Assembly: GCA_016699205.1 (NCBI GenBank)
Contig: CP064964.1
Span: 240,001-272,000 of the forward strand
Direction: 5' to 3'
From: Candidatus Saccharimonadota bacterium
Lineage (GTDB): Bacteria; Patescibacteriota; Patescibacteriia; 2-12-FULL-60-25
Length of the DNA: 32,000 nucleotides
Positions 15,852 through 23,376 of this stretch are shown here, one piece after another. The position numbers were made by a program, and so were the translations under genes. How positions within the stretch are numbered: position 1 is the stretch's first letter; the number at the start of each line of letters is the position of its first letter. The notes under the pieces were generated by a model. It made no database searches. It saw only the letters and a list, made by a program, of their open reading frames with translations, and was not told where the DNA came from.

Positions 15852-17903
15852 TTATTTCTTTCCAGAAGCAAGGAATAGCCACGGCCATTTTGCGAGCGGC
15901 GTCTTGGCCAAGGCACGCAATACCGTACGCGTGGTAACCGTAGCCGTGAACAAAGAGATGACGGTACCGAGCGCGAGCGTGAGAGCGAAACCCTTGATCA
16001 ATGACGAGGAGAACCAGAACAAGACGGCACAGGAGATCAGAATCGAGACGTGACCGTCGCGAATCGAGGTCCAGGCGCGCTTGAAGGCTTCTTCCAAGGC
16101 CGGCTCAAGCGCGAGTCCTGACTTCAATTCTTCCTTGAGACGCTCAAACACGAGCACGTTTGAGTCGATCGCCATACCGATCGAGAGAATGAAGCCGGCG
16201 ATACCGGAAAGCGTGAGCGTAATCGGTACAAGCTTGAAGGTGGCGGCGTTCAAGGCGGCGTAGATCACAAGCACGACAACGGCAGCCATACCCGGCAAGC
16301 GGTAGATCAGGATAGCGAAGATCGCGATCAAGAGGAATGCCACGAGTCCGGCGTTAATCGACTTGGTTAGCGAGTCTGCACCGAGCGTCGGGCCGACGGA
16401 TTGCTGGGCGACGAGCGTAATCGGCACTGGAAGCGCACCTGCCTGCAAACGGCGGGCAAGAAGCTTGGCTTCCTCGAGCGTGAAGTTACCTGTAATCACG
16501 GCGCGACCGCCGAGAATCTCCTGGTTCACAACCGGGGCCGAGAGCACGTTTCCGTCGAGGAAAATCGCGACCTGCTGGCCAACGTTTTTCTTCGTAAGTT
16601 CAGCAAACAACTTGCTACCCTCGTCATCAAATTGGAGCGAGACCTGGATGGAGCCGAGCTGTTGGTCAAAATCGACCTTCGCTGACTGCAGCTGCTTGCC
16701 GGTCAAAGCGGTGGCTTTCCACTCATCAACAGGAACGAAGTCGGTTGGAACGGAGCGGTTGATTTCAATCAAACGCAAGCGAGGTTCCTTGCTGATGCGC
16801 TCACCGAGTTTCCAGACGAGGTGATAACCGAATTCTGTTTCAATGACTTCGGAAATGGTTCCGGAAGCCTGGGCAAAGACTGGCGTCTCGAATTTTTCTA
16901 CCATGTCGCCCGTTCCGAACCAGCCAAGGTCACCCTTTGTTGACGTGGCGTTTGGTTCATCGGAGTTGGCAGCGACGAGGCTGTCGAAGTTTTCAATCGT
17001 GGCCTGCTTTTTAATGTCTTCGATTTTTGCTTTAGCTTCTTCTTTGGTACGCGTTGAGAGACCGCCCTGAGCACCCTGATATCCGATCAGCATGTGGTGC
17101 GCGTTCACTTCTTTCGGACCGTCCTTCAATTCTTCCATCTTTACAACGAGATAGACATTGTCGGTTTCAACGACATTCGGGAACACGGCGCCTGGCGCGA
17201 GACCGCCGACGGTGTCGAGAAGATCCTGCAAATCCTTGCTACCAGCGATGGTCGCTGCAGACAAAGCACCCGTGTCTCCCCCGTCAATTTTACGAGCGGC
17301 GTTTTCTGTTTTGTTCTTGGCGAGTTCCGCAAAATCCGTTTCCGGCTTTCTTGCTTCATCCAAAATAGCCTTGGCACGGGCAAGAGCATCCGTATTGCGC
17401 TTATCCATCTCATCCTGCTCTTCTTTGGTGAGTGGACGCGGTTTTTCCGTGTTCTTTTCCTTGAACTCAAGGATCGGCGTTTCACCGATAAGTTTGATAG
17501 CCTGGTTGACGTCGCGGATACCGGCGAGCTCCACGTTTACGCGCCATGCATCACCAGCTTGCGTAACCTGGATAACCGGCTCGGAAACGCCAAGCGAGTT
17601 GACGCGGCGCTCGATCACATCGCGGACGCCATCCATGGCTTCACGCTGTTCTGACGGCGCAACCTTGGAAACATCAGCCTCATATTCAAGCGAGGTTCCG
17701 CCCTGAAGATCAAGGCCGAGGACGAATGGCTTGTTGATCGTCGGAATATTGAGACCCGTGAGTTCGTTGACTTGGCCAACGACCCAGTTAGCAGGACCCG
17801 GGTAGGAAAGAGACCCTGCGGCAAGCAGAAGCAAGGCGAGCCAACCGAGGCGCGACATGACTGTTTTGCGGGAGGGCGTGGTTTGTCGGTTCATTCGAGA
17901 CAT
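15852..17903 (-). CDS. secD: protein translocase subunit SecD with an inserted PrsA/SurA-like chaperone plus parvulin PPIase module
   Basis: SecD motifs LGLDLQGGTSLEYE, IGETPILEFKE, VAIFLDGNVLSAPVVNQEILGGRAVITGNFTLEEAKLLARRLQAGALP and GMAIDSNVLVFERLKEE are present. A parvulin-like block lies between the P1 segments: HHMLIGYQG...GDLGWFGTGDMVEKFETPVF...EFGYHLV. Confidence 0.9.
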   Translation of the reverse strand: MSRMNRQTTPSRKTVMSRLGWLALLLLAAGSLSYPGPANWVVGQVNELTGLNIPTINKPFVLGLDLQGGTSLEYEADVSKVAPSEQREAMDGVRDVIERRVNSLGVSEPVIQVTQAGDAWRVNVELAGIRDVNQAIKLIGETPILEFKEKNTEKPRPLTKEEQDEMDKRNTDALARAKAILDEARKPETDFAELAKNKTENAARKIDGGDTGALSAATIAGSKDLQDLLDTVGGLAPGAVFPNVVETDNVYLVVKMEELKDGPKEVNAHHMLIGYQGAQGGLSTRTKEEAKAKIEDIKKQATIENFDSLVAANSDEPNATSTKGDLGWFGTGDMVEKFETPVFAQASGTISEVIETEFGYHLVWKLGERISKEPRLRLIEINRSVPTDFVPVDEWKATALTGKQLQSAKVDFDQQLGSIQVSLQFDDEGSKLFAELTKKNVGQQVAIFLDGNVLSAPVVNQEILGGRAVITGNFTLEEAKLLARRLQAGALPVPITLVAQQSVGPTLGADSLTKSINAGLVAFLLIAIFAILIYRLPGMAAVVVLVIYAALNAATFKLVPITLTLSGIAGFILSIGMAIDSNVLVFERLKEELKSGLALEPALEEAFKRAWTSIRDGHVSILISCAVLFWFSSSLIKGFALTLALGTVISLFTATVTTRTVLRALAKTPLAKWPWLFLASGKK

Positions 17904-17965
17904 ATCGGATCAGGGGAAAAATGCGGGGCAAGTGTAGAAGAATCGGGATCAAGGAGCAATGATTG

Positions 17966-18742
17966 TCAATTCCCGAGCTGCGGCTCCATCTTGGGAGGCG
18001 TGCGGCGCATGACAAGATATTGCTGGGCAACGGTGAGCAAGCTCATTACGAGCCAGTACAAGGTGAGACCACCAGGGAGTGAGAAACCGATGACAGCCGT
18101 CATGATCGGCATCATGTAAGTCATTTGTTTGTTCATGATGGCGGTCATGCTTTCATCCTGAGCGCCTTCTGTCTTGGCGACTTCCGGCGGAGGCGTTGCG
18201 ACCGTGGCTGCCGGCGGCTTCAAAATCATCTTGGTCTGCCAGAACTGGACGAGGGCAGCAGCGATCGCCAAGACGTAGTTTGGTTTGGTGAGATCAAATA
18301 ATCCGAGGAACATCGTTTGGATAGTCTGCGGATTTGGGACAAATGGGTAGAGCTGGTTCAAGCCCTGCGATGCAAGACCAACAGACAAGGCGTGATAGAG
18401 CGCGATAAAAACTGGAAGCTGGACCAAAAGCGGCAAACAGGAAGCGGCCGGATTCACTTTCTCGCGCTGATAAAGCGCCATGAGCTCCGAGGCCTGCTTT
18501 TCTTTATCGTCCTTCAAACGAGAACGAATCTCCTCGATCTTAGGCTGCAATTCCTGCATCGCGCGCTGCTGCTTGATCTGCAGATGCGTCAACGGATAGA
18601 GCACGATCTTGATGATGATCGTTAATACGATAATGGCGATACCAACATCCTGTCCCGGAATCGTGACATACAACCACACCAACAAATTGAGAATCGGCTG
18701 GAAGAAGATGGTGTTAAAGAGAGCTTGGATCGCTTGGAACAT
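17966..18742 (-). CDS. yidC: membrane protein insertase YidC (short, Oxa1/SpoIIIJ-like)
   Basis: IIVLTIIIKIVLYPLTHLQIKQQRAMQELQPKIEEIRSRLKDDKEKQASELMALYQREKVNPAASCLPLLVQLPVFIALY is the conserved YidC core. Confidence 0.9.
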   Translation of the reverse strand: MFQAIQALFNTIFFQPILNLLVWLYVTIPGQDVGIAIIVLTIIIKIVLYPLTHLQIKQQRAMQELQPKIEEIRSRLKDDKEKQASELMALYQREKVNPAASCLPLLVQLPVFIALYHALSVGLASQGLNQLYPFVPNPQTIQTMFLGLFDLTKPNYVLAIAAALVQFWQTKMILKPPAATVATPPPEVAKTEGAQDESMTAIMNKQMTYMMPIMTAVIGFSLPGGLTLYWLVMSLLTVAQQYLVMRRTPPKMEPQLGN

Positions 18743-18750
18743 AGATTATT

Positions 18751-20130
18751 TTATTCTTTTGAATCGCTTCCCTGCTCGGCTGCAACGACCGGCGTCTGCT
18801 CGGAATAGCCTTCCATCTCTTTGGCTTCTGCCGGCTCGCCATCAAGCGGCTTGTCGGCTTCTGATTCCGACTTAGCATCGGCTTCTGCGGCAGATTCTGG
18901 CTTGTCGTCCTCGACTGGAGCGCCGAACTCCCCTTTTTCCGAATCGGCGACCGGTTTACCGCCCTGCTCGACGACCGTGATCTTCCAACCTGTCAGTTTA
19001 GCGGCGAGGCGAACGTTCTGACCGCCTTTACCGATCGCGAGCGAGAGCTGATCCGCCGGAACCGAGACAACAGCGAGGTGTTCATCTTCACGAAGCTCGA
19101 CATCGATGACTTTGGCCGGCGAAAGAGCCGCTTTGATGTATTCGATCGGCTGTTCATTCCAGAGCACGACATCGACTTTTTCACCGCCGAGTTCACGGAT
19201 AACCGACTGAATACGCGTACCGCGCTGACCGATACAAGAACCGATCGGGTCTACGGCGTCGTCATTGGAAGCGACGGCGACTTTGGCGCGGCTGCCAGCT
19301 TCACGGGAAATCGCTTTGATGTCGACCGTGCCGTTACCGATTTCCGGAATTTCTTGTGCGAACAATGCCGCAACAAGCTGCGGGCTCGTACGCGAGAGAC
19401 GAATCTCTGGACCACGCGTCGTCATCTCGACGGAACGGAGCAAAGCCTTGATGCGCGTTCCCGGGAAGTAGCGTTCCGATTCAACCTGATCTTCCGGAAG
19501 CATGATGCCCGTTGCGCGGCCAAGGTCGATCAAAACGAGACGGCCTTCACGGCGTTGAACCGTGACATTCATAAGCTCGCCTTCGCGACCCTTGAAGTCG
19601 GAGAAGATGACGCCGCGTTCTGCCTCGCGGATCTTTTGCAAGATAACCTGCTTAGCGGTCTGGGCGGCCATACGGCCGAATGCGGCAGGAACGCCAAGCT
19701 CCACGCGGATCTCCTCGCCGACTTGGGCGTCAGGCTTGAGGTCGCGAGCGTCGCTCATCATGATCATCGTCTTTGGATTGAACTTGAATTCATCCGGAAG
19801 AACTTCTGTCGCGGCCGGATCAGGGCGTGGGGTCGACTTATCAAAAGGCTTGTCCTTTTTAGGCGCCGTCGCCGCTTCAAGACGCGTAAAGTAGTCCTCG
19901 TCGAGAACCATGTCTTCCACAACGGTCTTTACGTCGAATACGCGAATACCGCCGGTCATACCGTCGTACTTTTCCGGGTCAAACTCGACACGGAGGTTCT
20001 GGTTCTTGTTGCCGAAGTCCTTGCGATAAGCGGCGGCAAGGGCGTTTTCTACGGTTTCGAGCACTGATTCGAACGAAATATTCTTTTCGTCCGCAATCTG
20101 TTTCATCGCGGCGGAGATTGGGCTAGCCAT
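18751..20130 (-). CDS. nusA: transcription termination/antitermination factor NusA with an acidic low-complexity C-terminal tail
   Basis: The N-terminal domain IADEKNISFESVLETVENALAAAYRK, an S1 domain, and KH domains (CIGQRGTRIQSVIRELGGEKVDVV and AIGKGGQNVRLAAKLTGWKITV) are present. The tail is rich in E, D, A and K. Confidence 0.92.
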   Translation of the reverse strand: MASPISAAMKQIADEKNISFESVLETVENALAAAYRKDFGNKNQNLRVEFDPEKYDGMTGGIRVFDVKTVVEDMVLDEDYFTRLEAATAPKKDKPFDKSTPRPDPAATEVLPDEFKFNPKTMIMMSDARDLKPDAQVGEEIRVELGVPAAFGRMAAQTAKQVILQKIREAERGVIFSDFKGREGELMNVTVQRREGRLVLIDLGRATGIMLPEDQVESERYFPGTRIKALLRSVEMTTRGPEIRLSRTSPQLVAALFAQEIPEIGNGTVDIKAISREAGSRAKVAVASNDDAVDPIGSCIGQRGTRIQSVIRELGGEKVDVVLWNEQPIEYIKAALSPAKVIDVELREDEHLAVVSVPADQLSLAIGKGGQNVRLAAKLTGWKITVVEQGGKPVADSEKGEFGAPVEDDKPESAAEADAKSESEADKPLDGEPAEAKEMEGYSEQTPVVAAEQGSDSKE

Positions 20131-20282
20131 ATGTCTTAGTCACGCATCATGGTCATTGTAAATAATGACCAGTTAGGCGTGAACGTTAGGAAATAATTAT
20201 GTTTATGATGCGTGTTTATGTATAAAACAAGCCCGATCATCCAGATCGAGCAATGGCAAGAGGATAGCAGAATGAACAGAGG

Positions 20283-20311
20283 TTGACAAGATTGGGTTTT
20301 TGGCTTAGGTT
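20283..20311 (+). promoter_or_regulatory. candidate sigma70-type promoter for the GC-rich gene
   Basis: A perfect TTGACA (20283-20288) is followed by a 17-nt spacer and a weak -10 TAGGTT (20306-20311). Confidence 0.3.
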
Positions 20312-20386
20312 GGAGCACTGTCCTTCCCAAGGGCAAGCCGATCCGGCGGTAACCGGATGTACCTTTAAAGGAGAGAGAAGATCAAG

Positions 20387-21331
20387 ATGAAGCCCGCACT
20401 CCCGACCCAGATCCCCCTCTGCGGCCGCCGTCCCCCCGTCATCGGAGCGCTCATCAACGCGATGCAGCTGCATCAGCGCCCCTTCGTCCTCATGATGCAG
20501 GAGGAGGATCGGCACGAGCTCGTCGGAACCATCAAGATGATGGCCGAGCGACTCGGACTCGTCCCCTTCCTCATCGCGGCGGATGACACCGCCACGCAGG
20601 AGCTGTACCTGCTCGACAAGGAGAGACATCTGCTCGTGATCGTGGAGACGCCCCAGTCGCGTATCCCGATCGGGATGCAGCAGTTCATCCTCGAGCGGTA
20701 CGAGCCGCCGGCGCGGAACGAGCACAAGATCGCCAAGCGCATGCGCGATGGCGCATCGCAGCGAGAGATCCAGGACAGCATCCCCAAGGCGCATCCGCCG
20801 GCAGGACTGCTCGTCGTCACCGACACCGATCCGGGCGAGCTGCTCGTGCAGAATCTCTGGACGAAGCCGTTCACCGAGCTCAAGCAGTACACGGTGCTCT
20901 GGGACAAGATGCCGCAGCGTCCCGACGCCTACACCGGCATCTTCCGTGCCGGCCTCACGCTCGCGGCTCGCGAAGCCAAGATCACGCTCGACGGCCGCGT
21001 CGACGAGGAAGCGGTGGCGCGGTACGCCCGGGTGCAGAAGATCCTCGCGAGCCACGCCCGCAAGGCCAGGGAGCGCGGAATGAGCCTCCAGGCACATCAG
21101 AACGCCGCCGAGGTCCTCGACGCGGCGCGAGACTGCGTTCTCTACATCAGCCACAAGGCGGATCGGCGGATCGACACCAACGTGATCGAGGCGCTGGTCT
21201 TCAAGGGGGTCACGGAGTCCGCCATCAAGACGACCTTCGGGCTCGCGGAGCGCCACAGCGCGCGCAAGTCGCGGCCGAGCTTCGGTCCCGACGCGCCGTT
21301 CATCGGCAAGTCCATCGCCGTCGGCGAGTAG
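20387..21331 (+). CDS. hypothetical protein (314 aa), GC-rich, compositionally foreign
   Basis: The plus-frame translation has normal protein-like composition. A purine-rich SD-like block AAAGGAGAGAGAAG lies 6-19 nt upstream. Third codon positions are almost all G/C. A strong terminator follows. The overlapping 339-aa minus ORF is R/L/G/D/H-rich and looks like an antisense shadow. Confidence 0.7.
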   Translation: MKPALPTQIPLCGRRPPVIGALINAMQLHQRPFVLMMQEEDRHELVGTIKMMAERLGLVPFLIAADDTATQELYLLDKERHLLVIVETPQSRIPIGMQQFILERYEPPARNEHKIAKRMRDGASQREIQDSIPKAHPPAGLLVVTDTDPGELLVQNLWTKPFTELKQYTVLWDKMPQRPDAYTGIFRAGLTLAAREAKITLDGRVDEEAVARYARVQKILASHARKARERGMSLQAHQNAAEVLDAARDCVLYISHKADRRIDTNVIEALVFKGVTESAIKTTFGLAERHSARKSRPSFGPDAPFIGKSIAVGE

Positions 21332-21367
21332 CAGCTCCCCTCTCTCTCTTTCCCTTACTCTTCCACC

Positions 21368-21406
21368 CGCCCCATACCGAAACTCGGTGTGGGGCGTTGT
21401 GTTTTT
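21368..21406 (+). terminator. rho-independent terminator
   Basis: cgccccataccga / aac / tcggtgtggggcg forms a 13-bp stem with one G-U pair, followed by ttgtgttttt. Confidence 0.75.
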
Positions 21407-21437
21407 AACAACTTTTTATCTAAACTTTATCATTTAT

Positions 21438-21466
21438 TTGACTTTAAATATAGAATTTGATAATTA
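21438..21466 (+). promoter_or_regulatory. candidate promoter upstream of the ATP-grasp gene
   Basis: TTGACT (21438-21443), a 17-nt spacer and TAATTA (21461-21466) sit in a very AT-rich intergenic stretch. Confidence 0.35.
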
Positions 21467-21469
21467 AAT

Positions 21470-21493
21470 ATGTTGCCTGTGTTTAGGCAACAT
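21470..21493 (+). promoter_or_regulatory. perfect 9-bp inverted repeat overlapping the ATP-grasp start codon
   Basis: atgttgcct / gtgttt / aggcaacat. The right arm includes the first two bases of the ATG at 21492. It could be an operator palindrome or a translation-occluding hairpin. Confidence 0.4.
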
Positions 21494-22382
21494 GTGTACA
21501 AGCGTGAGGCGCACCTTGGAAAATACGATACTCATACTCACACATGAGAAAGATGATTGCGCTAAGCTGGTCATTCAGCAACTTGAACGCATGAGCGCAG
21601 ACTTCGTGCGCTTCAACACGGAGCGTTTTCACACCGAAGTCAAACTATCCCTGAGGCTCGACAAGGACGGACGCAGCGAAGGCAGTTTCCTCTTCCCTGA
21701 TCGACGCGTACGCATGCCTCATGTAGGCGTCGTCTGGAACAGGCGCGTCCATCTACCTGAACTCCCGAAGCTATTTCCAGATGAGCCCGAGCTCCAGGAA
21801 TGGATGCTCGAGGAAACCAAGTGGGCCTTCAGCATCGCGATCACGATGTTGAAATGTCCTGTGGTAAATCCCTGGGAAGACAACGAGCGTCTCAAGTTCA
21901 ACAAGATGCTCCAGATGCGGAGAGCCGCCGAACTTGGATTCGAGATCCCCGCAAGTATCCTCACCGACGAGCCCGAGGCCATCCGGCAATTCTGGGACGA
22001 AGGCGGGGGCGAAATCATCATGAAAAAGATTCGTAAGGGCCTGATTCACATGAAGAGCGGGAGGCGCGTCCTCTTTCACACGAGTCGCATTCCTCCTGAG
22101 GTGCAGACGAACGCCGCTCTGGAACGCCTGCGATTCACACCGAATCTCATGCAGACGCACATTCCCAAAAAGTGATGCATTCTGTCAGTGGTCGTCGGTG
22201 ACCAGGTCTTCACGGTCGCGATCCATTCACAAGACGTACCTGAAGGTAAGATCGACTACCGTACAGCCGGCCTGCTGGGCAAGGCGCGTGAAATGAAACA
22301 CGAGATCATTGATCTCGGTCGCGAGGCCAACGAGCGCCCCTCACTTTATTTCCTTGAATCCAAGATGCTGGTATGCGGGTAG
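21492..22382 (+). pseudogene. MvdD/MdnC-type ATP-grasp (graspetide / ribosomal peptide maturase-like), with an in-frame TGA and a truncated 3' end
   Basis: ILILTHEKDD...RFNTERFHTEVKLSL...VGVVWNRRV...KMLQMRRAAELGFEIPASILTDEPEAIRQF...RFTPNLMQTHIPKK[TGA]CILSVVVGDQVFTVAIHSQD...IDYR follows the family pattern. ORFs 21492-22175 and 22188-22382 are in the same frame, separated by a single TGA at 22173-22175. The C-terminal roughly 40 aa expected after YFLE are missing. Confidence 0.65.
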
Positions 22383-23108
22383 CTGCGAAATAACGTGGTT
22401 GAGTCCCTGCCAAACAAATAAATTTTTGTCCATTTCTTCAAAAATACGCAAAGCATTTTCCATCAAACCAAAATCTCTTGCGAGATTAATGCAGACAGCC
22501 GCTTCATTAGTTACATATGGACCGTTGGTCGGTTTCTGCGCTTCAACAATTCTCTCTATTTCAATATCGACCTCAAATATCTGATCAAAATTATTAAAAT
22601 TAATTACACCAGCCTCCTGTAAATAGTCTCGAAGCACTTCAAAGCAAGCGAGGCCGCTCTCTGCAATCTGATATTGGCCACCGATTGAACCCAAGACTTT
22701 TATCAATAACTCTTTCTTTTCGATACCGATTCTTCCGTCTTTGGCGGCACCTGATAGGAAATTTAAAAACGCCCAACCTGCAAGTGCTTTTCGATCAGCG
22801 AATACCTCTATAGCCAATGAGTTAATTCTTGCAAACGATGGCTCGATATTAAAAAAATTAATTCTTTCTTTCATCGCGATATCAATGAGCACGGCCTGTT
22901 CCCCTATTCGGGATATAGAAGCGTCGAGCATCTCCTCATCATTGTTAAGCTTATCCCCCTCCAAGCAGAGGACGAATCCCCGCTCTGAGCTTTTCAAGCT
23001 GTTTTTGAATGCTATCCCTAAGTCTAAAATTTGCCGATCATCTGGGTTACGCGTGTGCTTAGTTCCAGCTAAGACGATTTCACGCCCTCCCTTTTCAAGT
23101 ACAGACAA
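22341..23108 (-). CDS. hypothetical protein (255 aa), AT-rich; possibly 5'-truncated
   Basis: This is the only long ORF in a markedly AT-rich segment. It begins with TTG. The frame stays open for 23 more codons upstream with protein-like sequence but no canonical start. IVLAGTKHTRNPDD faintly resembles the GxxH motif of the ChaN/TIKI/TraB superfamily (low confidence). Confidence 0.5.
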   Translation of the reverse strand: MSVLEKGGREIVLAGTKHTRNPDDRQILDLGIAFKNSLKSSERGFVLCLEGDKLNNDEEMLDASISRIGEQAVLIDIAMKERINFFNIEPSFARINSLAIEVFADRKALAGWAFLNFLSGAAKDGRIGIEKKELLIKVLGSIGGQYQIAESGLACFEVLRDYLQEAGVINFNNFDQIFEVDIEIERIVEAQKPTNGPYVTNEAAVCINLARDFGLMENALRIFEEMDKNLFVWQGLNHVISQLPAYQHLGFKEIK

Positions 23109-23259
23109 TGAAAAATCAGACTTTGCTTCGCTGATTGCTTCGTAAATATTGCGTATGTATGGGGCGAGCTCCTTATGCTAAGCATACAATCCTTCGATTT
23201 GCCTTTATTTTAGCTTACTTTTTAAGCTCTGGCTACACCCAAATATCTGTCACCGACTA

Positions 23260-23288
23260 TTGACATTTTATTAAAAATGTGGTTAGCT
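23260..23288 (+). promoter_or_regulatory. candidate promoter for the lipoprotein gene
   Basis: TTGACA (23260-23265), a 17-nt spacer and a weak -10 TTAGCT (23283-23288). Confidence 0.25.
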
Positions 23289-23376
23289 CCGGTTACCTGT
23301 GATACGATTTGTGCAGGCCCAGAGGGAATGGTTCCCGATGGAAACCTGTGCACCTTATCTCAAGTGGAGGTTCGTC

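Noticed and set aside
19078-20067. 329-aa plus-strand ORF antisense to nusA, with similar long antisense ORFs over alaS, secD, mnmA, the ATPase and the r-protein genes
   Set aside because: Each overlaps a confidently identified conserved gene on the other strand. Their translations are low-complexity or Arg-rich with no recognisable motifs.
20290-20386. Possible tRNA or small structured RNA in the 5' region of the GC-rich gene (hairpin atccgg/cggtaa/ccggat and neighbouring GC-rich stems)
   Set aside because: There is no cloverleaf, no T-loop GTTCRA motif and no acceptor-stem pairing. It is most simply a 5' UTR.
20237-21256. 339-aa minus-strand ORF overlapping the GC-rich plus-strand gene
   Set aside because: Its translation is dominated by R, L, G, D, E and H with runs such as RLDGGLRDPLEDQRLDHVGVD. 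That is typical of an antisense frame in GC-rich DNA. It has no RBS or terminator, whereas the plus-strand ORF has both and a normal composition.
21407-21435. Near-direct repeats aactttttatc / aaactttatc in the AT-rich spacer, considered as iterons or operator half-sites
   Set aside because: They are short, imperfect and lie in very AT-rich sequence where such matches are expected by chance.
21332-21491. Integron-style gene cassettes, with the hairpins after the GC-rich genes read as attC sites
   Set aside because: The hairpins are short, perfect, GC-rich stems with T-runs, which marks them as terminators. I could not find the RYYYAAC/GTTRRRY core sites, the extrahelical-base asymmetry or an intI gene.
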